Shown: positions 29,014 through 39,282, numbered from the stretch's first letter. The stretch is DNA of 64,000 nucleotides from Vampirovibrio chlorellavorus (GCA_001858525.1 LAPX01000001.1:161473-225472); one strand, 5' to 3'. Made by a program: numbers and translations. The notes: generated by a model not told the origin, from the sequence alone.

Positions 29014-29709
29014 ATGCCAACCAAGCCAAATCTTTATCATAATCCGGGAATCGCCTGGGTCAGCGGGGCCAGTGGATACTGGGGTCGTAAAACTGTCATG
29101 AGCCTGTTGCGCTTGAACTGGCAGGTCATCGCCCTCAGCCGACAAGAACCCCAGGATTTGCCGGAATGGGCCATGGCCCAGCAAAAAAGCCTGTTTTGGC
29201 AGCCCTTTGATCTGGAGTCCGAAGATTGGTCCAGCATCCTGAGCGACGTGCCAACACCGCAAGCGGTCTTTCATTGCGTGGGCATTTACGATGAGGATTT
29301 TGAGCGCATGCTGCGGGTCAACGTGGTGCAATCCACCCGCTTTCTGGAAGAGGCCAGCCAGCTCATGGAAACCCAGGGTGCCGGATGCCTAGGGGTCTAT
29401 CTGGGGCAAAATGGACGCCTGGGCCTGCCCGGACTGGGCAATTTCAGCGCCAGCCAGGGTGCCCTGTGGACCTGGTGCGAAGCCAAAGCCAGAACCCTGA
29501 AACAACAAAAATCCGGCCCCACCTTGAGTCTGGTCTTTCCGCAACGGGCCCCCTCTCACCTGCAAGCGGAACTGGCCAAACGCGTGGATCGTAAAGTCAA
29601 ACTAAACCCACCGGAAACGGCCGATGATCTGGTGGCCGGGGTCCTGCAAGGTAAAAGCCGGGTGGGTCGCAAGCCTTGGCTGGCCGGACTCTCCACGTTG
29701 TTGACCTAG
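29014..29709 (+). CDS. NAD(P)-binding short-chain dehydrogenase/reductase-like protein
   Basis: N-terminal glycine-rich VSGASGYWGRK dinucleotide-binding motif; about 230 aa. Confidence 0.6.
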   Translation: MPTKPNLYHNPGIAWVSGASGYWGRKTVMSLLRLNWQVIALSRQEPQDLPEWAMAQQKSLFWQPFDLESEDWSSILSDVPTPQAVFHCVGIYDEDFERMLRVNVVQSTRFLEEASQLMETQGAGCLGVYLGQNGRLGLPGLGNFSASQGALWTWCEAKARTLKQQKSGPTLSLVFPQRAPSHLQAELAKRVDRKVKLNPPETADDLVAGVLQGKSRVGRKPWLAGLSTLLT

Positions 29710-29781
29710 ACAAAATGAAAAGGCCTTGGCGGCAGCTATTTTGGCTTTTCCGAAGTGAGAAAACGGCCAAGCGACAAGAGC

Positions 29782-29813
29782 AAGCTCGGGATCAAAATCC
29801 CTGAGCTCTTTTT
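29782..29813 (+). terminator. rho-independent terminator ending the lipid operon
   Basis: AGCTCGGGA ... TCCCTGAGCT stem followed by CTTTTTTAA. Confidence 0.5.
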
Positions 29814-30140
29814 TAATTTGTAAAGAAATATAAAGCATTTGCAGGGCTTTGTAAAACAAAGCCTAAAAACAAACGTCATGCGCTTTAACGTCCTATAACG
29901 GATGAGACAAATCGATTCAATTTGAAGGAAGAAGCTGCGAGATTTCAATCTCAATCAGCAGAAGGCCTAAAGTTTTGGGGAAGGGGACCGACTAAACATG
30001 TTGGATTCATCTTTTTGGATTTTTGAAAACTTGCGGCTGACTCGGCATGCGATGCCAACGCTCAGCCACCCCCTTCTTCTCCAAAAACAAACGAGTCTCT
30101 CTCCAAATCCAATACAGCACGAAACCTGACTAATACGAAA

Positions 30141-33100
30141 GTGGGAAGTGCCATCATGCCTAGTAATTTTTCGCCCATCCACGCCTTTTACAAACTGCTG
30201 GTGTACACCGCCATGGCCCCCCTGCGGGATCAGGCCTTTCAGGGCACCCGTAAAGCCAAGATCTCCGACACTGAGAAAGAAGCCCTGGCCTCCGGCTCCG
30301 TGGGCTTTGAGCGAGAAATCCTGAGTGGACACCCGGATTGGCGCAAGCTGCTGGATCTGCCCAAACCGCACCTGAACGAAATCGAGCAGGCCTTTCTGGA
30401 TGGGCCGGTGGAACAACTGTGTGCCCTATTGGATGACTGGAAAATCAGGACAGAACTGAAAGATTTACCCCCGGAAGCCTGGGCTTTTTTGAAAGAAAAA
30501 GGCTTCTTCGGCATGATCATTCCCAAGGAATACGGCGGCTTGGGCTTTTCCGCCAGAGCCCACTCGGAAGTGGTCTTGAAGCTGGCCAGCCGCAGTACCA
30601 CCGCATGCGTCACCACCATGGTACCCAATTCGCTAGGCCCGGCAGAGTTGCTGATTCGGTATGGAACGGATGAGCAAAAAAATCATTACCTACCTCGCCT
30701 GGCCAAAGGCGAAGAAATTCCCTCCTTTGCACTGACCGAACCCGATGCAGGATCTGATGCGTCCAGCATGACCGCCCATGGGGTGGTCTGTGAGCGCGAT
30801 GGCCAACTGGGCATATTGCTGAATTGGGACAAGCGCTATATTACCCTCAGCCCCATTGCCACCCTGTTGGGGGTGGCCTTTAAACTGCGCGATCCGGATT
30901 GTCTGCTGGGCCAGAAAAAAGAGCTGGGCATCACGCTGGCCCTCATCCCCACCAATGCCTCGGGCGTAGAAATTGGCCGCCGTCACAACCCCTTGGGCAT
31001 TCCCTTTATGAACGGTCCAACCCACGGCAAAGACGTGTGGATCACCCTGGATCAGATCATCGGGGGCCGGGAGTACGCCGGGCAAGGCTGGCGCATGCTG
31101 ATGGAATGCTTATCGGTGGGACGCTGTATTTCCCTGCCGGCATTGTCGGTGGGTTCAGCCAAACTGGTCAGCCGCATGACCGGTGCTTACAGCCGGGTGC
31201 GCAAGCAATTCAAGGTATCCATCAACCAGTTTGAAGGCGTAGAAGAACTACTGGCCCGCATGGCCGGTACCACCTATCTCATGGAGGCCTGCCGCATCGC
31301 CACCCTGCAAATGCTGGATCGGGGCGAGCATCCCACCATTCTGTCCGCCATCCTGAAGTACCACATGACCGAGTACGGGCGCAAAATCGTCAACGACGGC
31401 ATGGACGTGCTGGGCGGAAAAGCCATCTGCGAAGGGCCAGACAACCTGATTGCCCCGCTCTATCACGGCATTCCCATCGGCATCACCGTGGAAGGGGCCA
31501 ACATCCTGACCCGCAACATGATCATTTTCGGGCAAGGATCGGTGCGCTCGCATCCCTATCTGCTCAAAGAAATCGAAGCGGCCCGTCTGGACGATGAAAA
31601 TCAGGCCCGCGCCGAGTTCAGCGATTTAATGGCCCAGCACGTTCGCCACAGCGTGGAAAACACCATCCGCAGCCTGGTTTTTGGCCTGACCAACGGACAC
31701 GGCAGCGGTGTGCCCAATGCCGATCAAACCGAGGCCTATTACTTCCGGCACATCAACCGCCTCAGCGCCGCCTATGCCACGTTGGCCGATAACATCCTGA
31801 TGCTGCTGGGCGACAGCGTGAAACGCAAGGAACGCATTTCCGCCTTGCTGGGCGATGCCATGAGTTACCTGTTTATGGCCTCCGCGGTGTTGCGCCATTA
31901 TCAGGCCCACGGGCGACTTCAGGATGAACGGCCTTTGGTGCACTGGGCTTGTCAAACCCTGTTGCATCAAGCCGAAGAGAGCATGGATCGTCTCTTGCAA
32001 AACTTCCCCAACCCCATTCTGGGGGCCTTGCTGCGACCCATCATTTTCCCGTTGGGTCGACGCATTCAACTGCCCAGTCACCGTCAGGATCGCAAGCTGG
32101 CCCAACTGCTGGTCACGCCCGGCGCACTGCGGGATCGGCTCACCCAGGGCATTTACCTACCGACCAGCGACAGCGAACCACTGGCCCAACTGGAGCAATG
32201 CATGGCCATGGCCGTGCAAGCCGATGTGCTGGAAGCCACCATTCGCCAGGCCAAAAAAGAAGGCCGCCTGAGCGCACAAACCCCAGAGGCCCTGTTGGAA
32301 GAAGCCACCGCCCAGAAAATCATCAGCGCCCAGGAACGGGCCCTGTTGAAGCAAGTGGAAGTGCTGCGAAAACAGGTGTTGGCCGTCGATGATTTTGACC
32401 TTCACTTCAATTTCCTGGAAAAAAAAAGGGCATTTGTCAGCGGGAGCCAGCTAAAGACGGTTTATCCACTGGGAACCCGCTGGGATCTTGAGTTACCGAA
32501 CCAAAATTTGGTGGCATTATTTGAAGCCGCCGTGGATCGATACCGGCATTTGCCCTGTATGGATTCCATGGGTAAAAAGTACGACTATCAGGAAATGGGC
32601 AGTCTGGTGAACCGAGCCGCCGCTGGGCTGCAAGGTTTGGGCATTCAAAAGGGCGATCGCATCGGCCTGTACATGCCCAATACGCCTTACTACCCCATTC
32701 TGTTTTTTGCCGCCCTGAAAGTGGGCGCGGTAGTGGTCAATGTCTGCCCCATGCACACCCTGAGCGAACTTCGGGAGCAATTGGCTGACAGCGGGACGCA
32801 AACCCTGATTACACTGGATCTAAAGGATTCTTTCAACAAAACGGCCCAGCTACTGGATGAAGGTCTGCTTTCCCGAATGATCGTGTGCAAAATGGAAGAG
32901 GTGCTCCCCTTCTTTAAATCGCACGCCTACCGGCTGTTTCGCAGTTCACAAATTGCCCGCACAGAAGATTGGAGAAAGGACTGGGGAAAAAGCAGTAAAG
33001 CGGGCAAAAATCATAAAGAATCCGTGGCAGAAGTCTCCTCCTCTGGCCTGCGACTGGGCTTCCGGGATCTCATTCACAGCAAGCATGTGTTGCAACCCGT

Positions 33101-34292
33101 GCCCATCGTTCCCCAAGATGTGGCCCTGTTGCAATACACCGGCGGAACCACTGGTACGCCCAAAGGGGCTATGCTGACCCACGCCAATCTGGTGGCCAAT
33201 ATTTGCCAGATTGAAGAGTTCTTTGGATTCTCTGCCAACAAACCCCAGTGTGAAGCACTCCTCCGGCCGGGCCAAGAACGGGTGCTGGCCACCATCCCCT
33301 ACTTCCATATTTTCGGGCTGGCCGTGGCCATGCTCTCCAGCCTGAAAATGGGCGCGGAACTGATCATCCTGCCCGACCCGCGCAACATTACGGAAACCCT
33401 GAAAACCATCCACGAGAAAAAGCCCACCCTGTTTCCAGCGGTTCCCCGGCTCCTGCAGGCCATTTGTGAGCATCCCAAATTGGGCCAATTTGACCTCAGC
33501 AGTCTGCAAACGGTTATCTCCGGTGGCGCCGCTATCCCTCTCTCCGTGCATCAGGCCTTTGAACAGGTGACTGGCAAGCCGGGGCTGATCAAACAGGGCT
33601 ATGGGCTCACGGAAACAGCCCCGGTGGCTGCGGCCAATCCGCCCTTTGGCACCAACAAACCGGAATCCATTGGTTTGCCCTTGCCCCAAACCCGCATTCA
33701 AATCGTGGATCCCCAAGATCCGGATCGGGTGCTGGCCATGGGCGAAGTGGGAGAAATCTGCATCAGCGGCCCACAGGTGATGAAAGGCTACTACCAGCGT
33801 CCGGAGGAAACCGAGCAGATCCTCAGAAACGGCTGGTTTTTCACCGGGGATTTGGGATACCTGGATGACGATCATTACCTGCACATCGTGGACCGCAAAA
33901 AACGACTGATTCTGGTGAATGGCTTTAACGTCTACCCCACTCAACTGGAACACGCCATTACCCGACATCCGGCGGTGGCCGAGTGTATGGTCATCAGCGT
34001 GCCTGACGCCCGATCCGGTGAAGCGGCCAAGGCTTTTGTCCGACTCAAGAACGGGCATCCTCTCAATAGCCAGCAGCTCAAAGATTTCCTGAGCGAGTAT
34101 CTCAGCCGCATTGAAGTGCCCAAGTACGTGGAGTTCATACACTTTGAACTGCCCAAAACGGCGGTCGGGAAACCCGATTGGCGGGCCATGCAGGAACGGC
34201 AAAAGCTGACCGAGCTGCCGCACGGCGACCACCCCGGAGAACACATGATTACCGACATCAACGAAGGACTGGATATGGAGCAGGCATCATGA
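30141..34292 (+). CDS. fusion protein: acyl-CoA dehydrogenase (FadE-like, residues about 1-760) plus long-chain fatty-acid-CoA ligase (FadD-like, about 770-1383)
   Basis: The N-terminal part aligns along E. coli FadE as recalled from memory (KPDWRKL...EQAFLDGPVE...RYGTDEQKNHYLPRLAKGEEIP...GQGWRML..ECLSVGR...DDFD). The C-terminal part carries the AMP-binding motif YTGGTTGTPKGAMLTH and FadD-like N-terminus. A9 tract lies at the junction. Confidence 0.85.
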   Translation: MGSAIMPSNFSPIHAFYKLLVYTAMAPLRDQAFQGTRKAKISDTEKEALASGSVGFEREILSGHPDWRKLLDLPKPHLNEIEQAFLDGPVEQLCALLDDWKIRTELKDLPPEAWAFLKEKGFFGMIIPKEYGGLGFSARAHSEVVLKLASRSTTACVTTMVPNSLGPAELLIRYGTDEQKNHYLPRLAKGEEIPSFALTEPDAGSDASSMTAHGVVCERDGQLGILLNWDKRYITLSPIATLLGVAFKLRDPDCLLGQKKELGITLALIPTNASGVEIGRRHNPLGIPFMNGPTHGKDVWITLDQIIGGREYAGQGWRMLMECLSVGRCISLPALSVGSAKLVSRMTGAYSRVRKQFKVSINQFEGVEELLARMAGTTYLMEACRIATLQMLDRGEHPTILSAILKYHMTEYGRKIVNDGMDVLGGKAICEGPDNLIAPLYHGIPIGITVEGANILTRNMIIFGQGSVRSHPYLLKEIEAARLDDENQARAEFSDLMAQHVRHSVENTIRSLVFGLTNGHGSGVPNADQTEAYYFRHINRLSAAYATLADNILMLLGDSVKRKERISALLGDAMSYLFMASAVLRHYQAHGRLQDERPLVHWACQTLLHQAEESMDRLLQNFPNPILGALLRPIIFPLGRRIQLPSHRQDRKLAQLLVTPGALRDRLTQGIYLPTSDSEPLAQLEQCMAMAVQADVLEATIRQAKKEGRLSAQTPEALLEEATAQKIISAQERALLKQVEVLRKQVLAVDDFDLHFNFLEKKRAFVSGSQLKTVYPLGTRWDLELPNQNLVALFEAAVDRYRHLPCMDSMGKKYDYQEMGSLVNRAAAGLQGLGIQKGDRIGLYMPNTPYYPILFFAALKVGAVVVNVCPMHTLSELREQLADSGTQTLITLDLKDSFNKTAQLLDEGLLSRMIVCKMEEVLPFFKSHAYRLFRSSQIARTEDWRKDWGKSSKAGKNHKESVAEVSSSGLRLGFRDLIHSKHVLQPVPIVPQDVALLQYTGGTTGTPKGAMLTHANLVANICQIEEFFGFSANKPQCEALLRPGQERVLATIPYFHIFGLAVAMLSSLKMGAELIILPDPRNITETLKTIHEKKPTLFPAVPRLLQAICEHPKLGQFDLSSLQTVISGGAAIPLSVHQAFEQVTGKPGLIKQGYGLTETAPVAAANPPFGTNKPESIGLPLPQTRIQIVDPQDPDRVLAMGEVGEICISGPQVMKGYYQRPEETEQILRNGWFFTGDLGYLDDDHYLHIVDRKKRLILVNGFNVYPTQLEHAITRHPAVAECMVISVPDARSGEAAKAFVRLKNGHPLNSQQLKDFLSEYLSRIEVPKYVEFIHFELPKTAVGKPDWRAMQERQKLTELPHGDHPGEHMITDINEGLDMEQAS

Positions 34293-35470
34293 CCCAACAG
34301 GCTGTCATAATCGATTATGTGCGTACCCCCTTTGCCAAGGCCGTAGAACCCACCTCGGGCAGCTCCAAACAGGGAAAATTCGCCAACCTGCTGCCCGATG
34401 ACATGGTGGCTGCTCTCATTGCCGAAAGCCTCAAACGCACCGGCATCCATCCCAGCCACGTGGAAGCCCTGCTGCTGGGCTGTGTGCATCAGGAAGCAGA
34501 GCAAGGGCTGAATCTGGCCCGCATGATTGTGCTCAATCCGGATGCCGGTTTGCCACACAGTGTGGGCGGGGTCAGTGTGGATCGCTTTTGCGGATCGTCG
34601 ATGCACATTATCGCCGATGCCAAAAACGCCATTCTGGCGGGTGAGGCCGAGGTCATGCTGTGCGCCGGGGTGCAGTCGATCAGCCGCATTCCCATGGCGG
34701 GCTGGAACCCCATGCTCAACCCCAAAGTGTATGGGGGCAACGCCAAAGGCTTTATGAATATGGGCATCACCGCTGAAAATCTGGCTGCCCAATTCAAAAT
34801 TTCCCGGCAGGCTCAGGAGGAATTTGCCTTACAGTCGCATCAGAAGGCGGCCAAAGCCCAGCAGGCCGGTTACTTTGCCTCGGAAATTATGCCACTGGCC
34901 GGATTACCGTTGGATGACAGCGTGCGCTCCGATAGCTCGCTGGAGCAACTGCAAAAACTGAAACCGGCCTTTCAGCAGGATGGCACGGTGACCGCCGGAA
35001 CATCCTCTCCCCATACCGATGGGGCTTCCCTGGTGGTAGTGGCTTCTCACCACTATGCCCAACAGCATCAACTACCCATTTTAGCGCATATCAAGGCCTT
35101 TGCCGGGTCCGGCTGCGAACCGGAGATCATGGGCATTGGCCCGGTCAGCGCCATCCAGAAAGCGCTGCAACGAGCCGGATTAAGTATGCAAGACATTGGC
35201 GTGGTGGAATTAAACGAAGCCTTCGCCGTGCAAACCCTGGCCGTCTTGCAGGAACTGGATCGGGTGGGGCTGAGTGTGGATGCAGCCAAACTCAATATAG
35301 ATGGCGGGGCCATTGCTCTGGGTCATCCACTGGGCGCCTCCGGGGCCCGCATTACCGGCAAAGTGGCCCGCCTGCTGCAACGCACGGGTCAACGCTACGG
35401 ACTGGCCGCCATGTGTATCGGCGGCGGTCAAGGGGTGGCTATCGTTCTGGAGAACCCCAACATCCACTAA
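34289..35470 (+). CDS. fadA: acetyl-CoA C-acyltransferase (3-ketoacyl-CoA thiolase)
   Basis: Thiolase active-site regions (VDRFCGSS..., NEAFA..., GGAIALGHPLGASGARI, CIGGGQG); ATGA overlap with the upstream stop. Confidence 0.9.
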   Translation: MTQQAVIIDYVRTPFAKAVEPTSGSSKQGKFANLLPDDMVAALIAESLKRTGIHPSHVEALLLGCVHQEAEQGLNLARMIVLNPDAGLPHSVGGVSVDRFCGSSMHIIADAKNAILAGEAEVMLCAGVQSISRIPMAGWNPMLNPKVYGGNAKGFMNMGITAENLAAQFKISRQAQEEFALQSHQKAAKAQQAGYFASEIMPLAGLPLDDSVRSDSSLEQLQKLKPAFQQDGTVTAGTSSPHTDGASLVVVASHHYAQQHQLPILAHIKAFAGSGCEPEIMGIGPVSAIQKALQRAGLSMQDIGVVELNEAFAVQTLAVLQELDRVGLSVDAAKLNIDGGAIALGHPLGASGARITGKVARLLQRTGQRYGLAAMCIGGGQGVAIVLENPNIH

Positions 35471-35521
35471 AAAAATCGCGCAGCTCACTGAAAAAGATCA
35501 CTGAAAGGATAGGGACTGGTT

Positions 35522-38152
35522 ATGGCGGAAACACCGTTCATTCGAAAAGCGGCTGTTCTGGGCGCGGGGGCCATGGGCTCCGGTATTGCCGCCCAATTGG
35601 CCAACGCCGGGGTACAGGTGTATCTGCTGGATATTGTGCCGCCCAATGCCCCCAGTGAAGATGCCTCTGCCCGAAATCTCATTGCCAACAACGCCATCCA
35701 GCGCATGTTGAAAGCCACGCCGGCCACCGATCCGCTGAACGCCGGCTTCATGCACCCGGACAACGCCAAACGCATTACCCCCGGCAATCTGGAAGATCAT
35801 CTGGCCGAAGCGGTGGCCGATGCCGATTGGGTGGTGGAAGTGGTCATTGAGAATCTGGACATCAAACGAAACCTCTACGCCCGACTGGAAACCCTCTGTA
35901 AACCCACAGCGGTGATCTCCTCCAACACCTCCACCATCCCGCTTGAAACCCTGATTGAAGGGCGATCGATGCCCTTTAAAAAACGGTTTATCATCACCCA
36001 CTTTTTCAACCCGCCCCGCTTTATGCACCTGCTGGAAATCGTCAGCGGGCCAGATACCGATGCGGACATTGCCCCGCAAATGCAAACCTTTGGCGATGTA
36101 CATCTGGGTAAAAACGTCATTATCTGCAAAGACACCCCGGCCTTTTTGGCCAATCGTATTGGCATTTACTTCATGTTTCGGGCCATTACCGAGGCCATTG
36201 AGCAGGACATGCCCATTGAAATTGTAGACGCCATTCTGGGCAAGCCCATTGGCTACCCCAAGGAAGGCATTTTTGGCCTGCTGGATCTGGTGGGCATTGG
36301 CATTATTCCGCTGGTTACGGAAAGCTTGTTGAAAACCCTGCCCGCCGATGACGCATTCCGCAAGTTTGATCACGAAAAAGGACTGACCCTGGTGGGCAAT
36401 TTACTCAAAGCAGGATGTACCGGCCGCAATGCCCCCAACGGCGGATTTTACCGCATGCAAAAAAACGCCGATGGCACCAGGCAAAAACTGGCTATTCGCC
36501 TGAGTGATGGCGGCAACTACCCGGTGGAAAAACCCAAACTTGCCTGCGTGAAAGCGGCCCGAAAAGACGGGCCCAAAGCCATGTTTGAAACAGACGATCG
36601 CTACGGACGTTTCGCCTGGGTGGTGGTGCGGGATACCTTGTTGTATGCGGCCACGTTAATCCCCGAAATTGCCGATGACATCGCCGAGGTGGACGCCGCT
36701 TTGCGTGGCGGATACAACGCCCACTGGGGCCCCTTTGAGCAGATTGATCAAGTGGGGGTGGACTGGTTCTGTAAGCGGGTGCAAGCCGATGGCATTGCGC
36801 TACCACCTGCCTTGAAACTGGCTCAGAATCGACCCTTTTACAAAACGGTGAACGGCAAACTGCTTCGGCTGGTGTTTGATTTTGAGCGCCAACAAGCCGA
36901 ATATGCCCCCTTGCTGGATCGACCGGGCTGCCTCAACTTCGGGGAAATCAAACACAGCCAAAACGTTTTAGTCCATCACCATTCGGCCAGCCTGTGGGAT
37001 TTGGGTGATGGGGTCACCTGTCTGGAATTTCACTCCAAAATGAACACCCTGGACCCATCCGTGTTGCACGTGGTCAATGAAAGCGTGCGGTTTATGACTC
37101 AAAACGCCGCCCAATACAAAGCCATGGTCATATACAACGCGGAAAAAAACTTCTCGCTGGGGGCCAATTTGGGCCTTATTGACGCCGGCTTTCAGCTCAT
37201 CCGCCAGCCCTTCATGCGGCAAACCGGCTTAAGCCAACTCTTTGGCCTTGGATTGTACAAAGGCATTGAATGCCTGGTGTTTCAGGGGCAAAGCGTGTTC
37301 AGCGCCTTGCGCTATGCGCCATTCCCGGTGGTGGGCGCTCCCAACGGCATGGCCATCGGGGGCGGCTGCGAAATTTTAATGCACTGCGACGCCCTGCAAC
37401 TAAACGCGGAAGCCTACATGGGGCTGGTGGAAAGCGGGGTGGGTCTTATCCCCGGCTGGGGCGGCTGCGCCCGCTATCTGGCCCGATGCCAGGAGGAAGC
37501 AAACCGCAAAGGTGGGGTGATTCCCCCGGTTCGCAAAGCCTTTCAGGCCATTCTGATGCCCCAACTGGCCGTGTCCACTTCCGGGCAGGACGCCCAAGGC
37601 AAACTGTGGGGCAGCCCGCAAGATGGCATAACCATGAACCCGGATCGGGTGCTGGCCGATGCCAAAGCAAAAGCGCTCTCCCTGATTCCAAACTATCAGC
37701 CGCCACAACCCAGCACCTATCGCTTGCCTGGCCCCAGCGGCAAAGCGGCCTTGCAAATGGCCATTGATGATTTCTATGCCAAAGGCGATGCAACCTGGCA
37801 CGATGTGGTGGTGGCCGATGCCCTGGCCGACGTGTTGACCGGGGGTCCCACCAGCAGCGCACAAACTGTATCCGAAAACGATTTGTTACAGCTGGAGCGG
37901 GAACAGTTTTTATCCCTGATTCGGCTGAAGCAAACCCAAAAACGCATTGCCCACACCCTGAAAAGCGGCAAGCCACTGCGAGAAGATCCCGCCCGTGTGA
38001 GCGATTCACTGGATGAGTTACGAAAGGCTCGTACCGTCAAAGCACTGGCCAAACGAACTGTGACCGGGCTGCCCTTGATTGGGCTGGATGCCCTGCAACT
38101 GCGCTGGATGGCCGAGTTTACAGCGATTTTACTGAAGAAATTCGCTCCCTAG
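35522..38152 (+). CDS. bifunctional 3-hydroxyacyl-CoA dehydrogenase / enoyl-CoA hydratase (HAD domain N-terminal, crotonase domain C-terminal)
   Basis: NAD-binding AAVLGAGAMGSGIAAQLA at the N-terminus; crotonase-fold VVGAPNGMAIGGGCEILMHCD...GLIPGWGG in the C-terminal half. Confidence 0.88.
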   Translation: MAETPFIRKAAVLGAGAMGSGIAAQLANAGVQVYLLDIVPPNAPSEDASARNLIANNAIQRMLKATPATDPLNAGFMHPDNAKRITPGNLEDHLAEAVADADWVVEVVIENLDIKRNLYARLETLCKPTAVISSNTSTIPLETLIEGRSMPFKKRFIITHFFNPPRFMHLLEIVSGPDTDADIAPQMQTFGDVHLGKNVIICKDTPAFLANRIGIYFMFRAITEAIEQDMPIEIVDAILGKPIGYPKEGIFGLLDLVGIGIIPLVTESLLKTLPADDAFRKFDHEKGLTLVGNLLKAGCTGRNAPNGGFYRMQKNADGTRQKLAIRLSDGGNYPVEKPKLACVKAARKDGPKAMFETDDRYGRFAWVVVRDTLLYAATLIPEIADDIAEVDAALRGGYNAHWGPFEQIDQVGVDWFCKRVQADGIALPPALKLAQNRPFYKTVNGKLLRLVFDFERQQAEYAPLLDRPGCLNFGEIKHSQNVLVHHHSASLWDLGDGVTCLEFHSKMNTLDPSVLHVVNESVRFMTQNAAQYKAMVIYNAEKNFSLGANLGLIDAGFQLIRQPFMRQTGLSQLFGLGLYKGIECLVFQGQSVFSALRYAPFPVVGAPNGMAIGGGCEILMHCDALQLNAEAYMGLVESGVGLIPGWGGCARYLARCQEEANRKGGVIPPVRKAFQAILMPQLAVSTSGQDAQGKLWGSPQDGITMNPDRVLADAKAKALSLIPNYQPPQPSTYRLPGPSGKAALQMAIDDFYAKGDATWHDVVVADALADVLTGGPTSSAQTVSENDLLQLEREQFLSLIRLKQTQKRIAHTLKSGKPLREDPARVSDSLDELRKARTVKALAKRTVTGLPLIGLDALQLRWMAEFTAILLKKFAP

Positions 38153-38966
38153 GGTAGTCGATCAGAAAACCGTCATAGGCCAACCAGCCCTTCATGTCTC
38201 GACCAGGGCGATTCACTTGGCCTTGAGGGACGTACCGTAGCAAGGCTTTCTCCAGGGTGACAAAACCCAATTGTTTAAAACGCGTTCTATCCTCGGCAGA
38301 TTCTGGCTTGATAAGCAGGCGCAAGTTCTCTTTTCGGGCTTGTTGCATGGCTTCCTGCAACAGATAATCTTCAATGGCTTCTCCCAACTCGCTCTGTCGA
38401 ATGGCATTAGGAATATCGACTTCCAGTGCGTAAAAGGTCTTGGGTTCGGTGTTGCCCAGCATACGAGAAGCCCGCTCACGCCGCAGGGTACCCAAGGTAA
38501 GACCGATTGAGTTTTTCAACCAAAAAGCCCCATGGTCACTTAAATTGCCATATTGGGATAACACATGCTCCACAGCCTTGGCGTCGTCTACCACAGCCAC
38601 TTTTTTCTCAATTTTAAGGCGTTGTGGAATGGGAATTTGTGGGGCTTGATAAAGCCCAGGCGCCCCAAAACGAACCGGGCTTGCCTTAGACGGGGCTGGT
38701 TTTCGGTGGGTCGAACCCAGCGGCAGTAACATCAGCTCGGTCACAGAAGGTTGCTTTTTGAAACGATTACCAAGCCCCTGCCAGAGCGTTTGCAGCTTTT
38801 GCCAAATCATGGTGGCGCAATGAACATCATTTTCAGCAGTTGAATCCAGCGGCAAGGGTGCCGTCAAGGGCCAGTTGGGATAACGCTCCGCAACAGTCAC
38901 AGGCTTCAATTGCCTGTTCATTCTGGAAACTGGCTGTTGCCCCAATGAGGATACAGTGCTGTTCAT
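38118..38966 (-). CDS. hypothetical protein with GNAT-like acetyltransferase C-terminal half
   Basis: C-terminal region FYALEVD...GEAIEDYLLQEA...LRLLI compatible with the GNAT fold; the true start is probably internal. Confidence 0.35.
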   Translation of the reverse strand: MNSTVSSLGQQPVSRMNRQLKPVTVAERYPNWPLTAPLPLDSTAENDVHCATMIWQKLQTLWQGLGNRFKKQPSVTELMLLPLGSTHRKPAPSKASPVRFGAPGLYQAPQIPIPQRLKIEKKVAVVDDAKAVEHVLSQYGNLSDHGAFWLKNSIGLTLGTLRRERASRMLGNTEPKTFYALEVDIPNAIRQSELGEAIEDYLLQEAMQQARKENLRLLIKPESAEDRTRFKQLGFVTLEKALLRYVPQGQVNRPGRDMKGWLAYDGFLIDYPRERISSVKSL

Positions 38967-39282
38967 AAGATAGCCCTCCGCAGTAAGGTCGTTTCATAGG
39001 CTACAAAAAGGATGACGTTGAGAATAATACATATATCTACAATAAATAACCCCTAAAATAAAGAGCCCTCATTGGTTTGTGGCCTTGAATACGCTCTAAC
39101 GTGGGACCTTTTGATCTTAAAGGACCCAAGAGCCTGATTAGGACTTGAATAAACCGGATGAAAAGAAATGTAAAAATAAACTCAAAAACACTGTAGGTTT
39201 CAGCGAATTTGCCGAAAACAAAAAAAGGAATGAAAAAAGGAAATATTGCCCCTCCCCACTTTGCAAATAAAGGGATAACCAA

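Noticed and set aside
32946-34792. 432-aa and 283-aa minus-strand ORFs
   Set aside because: Antisense to the FadE::FadD and thiolase genes, which have strong homology support
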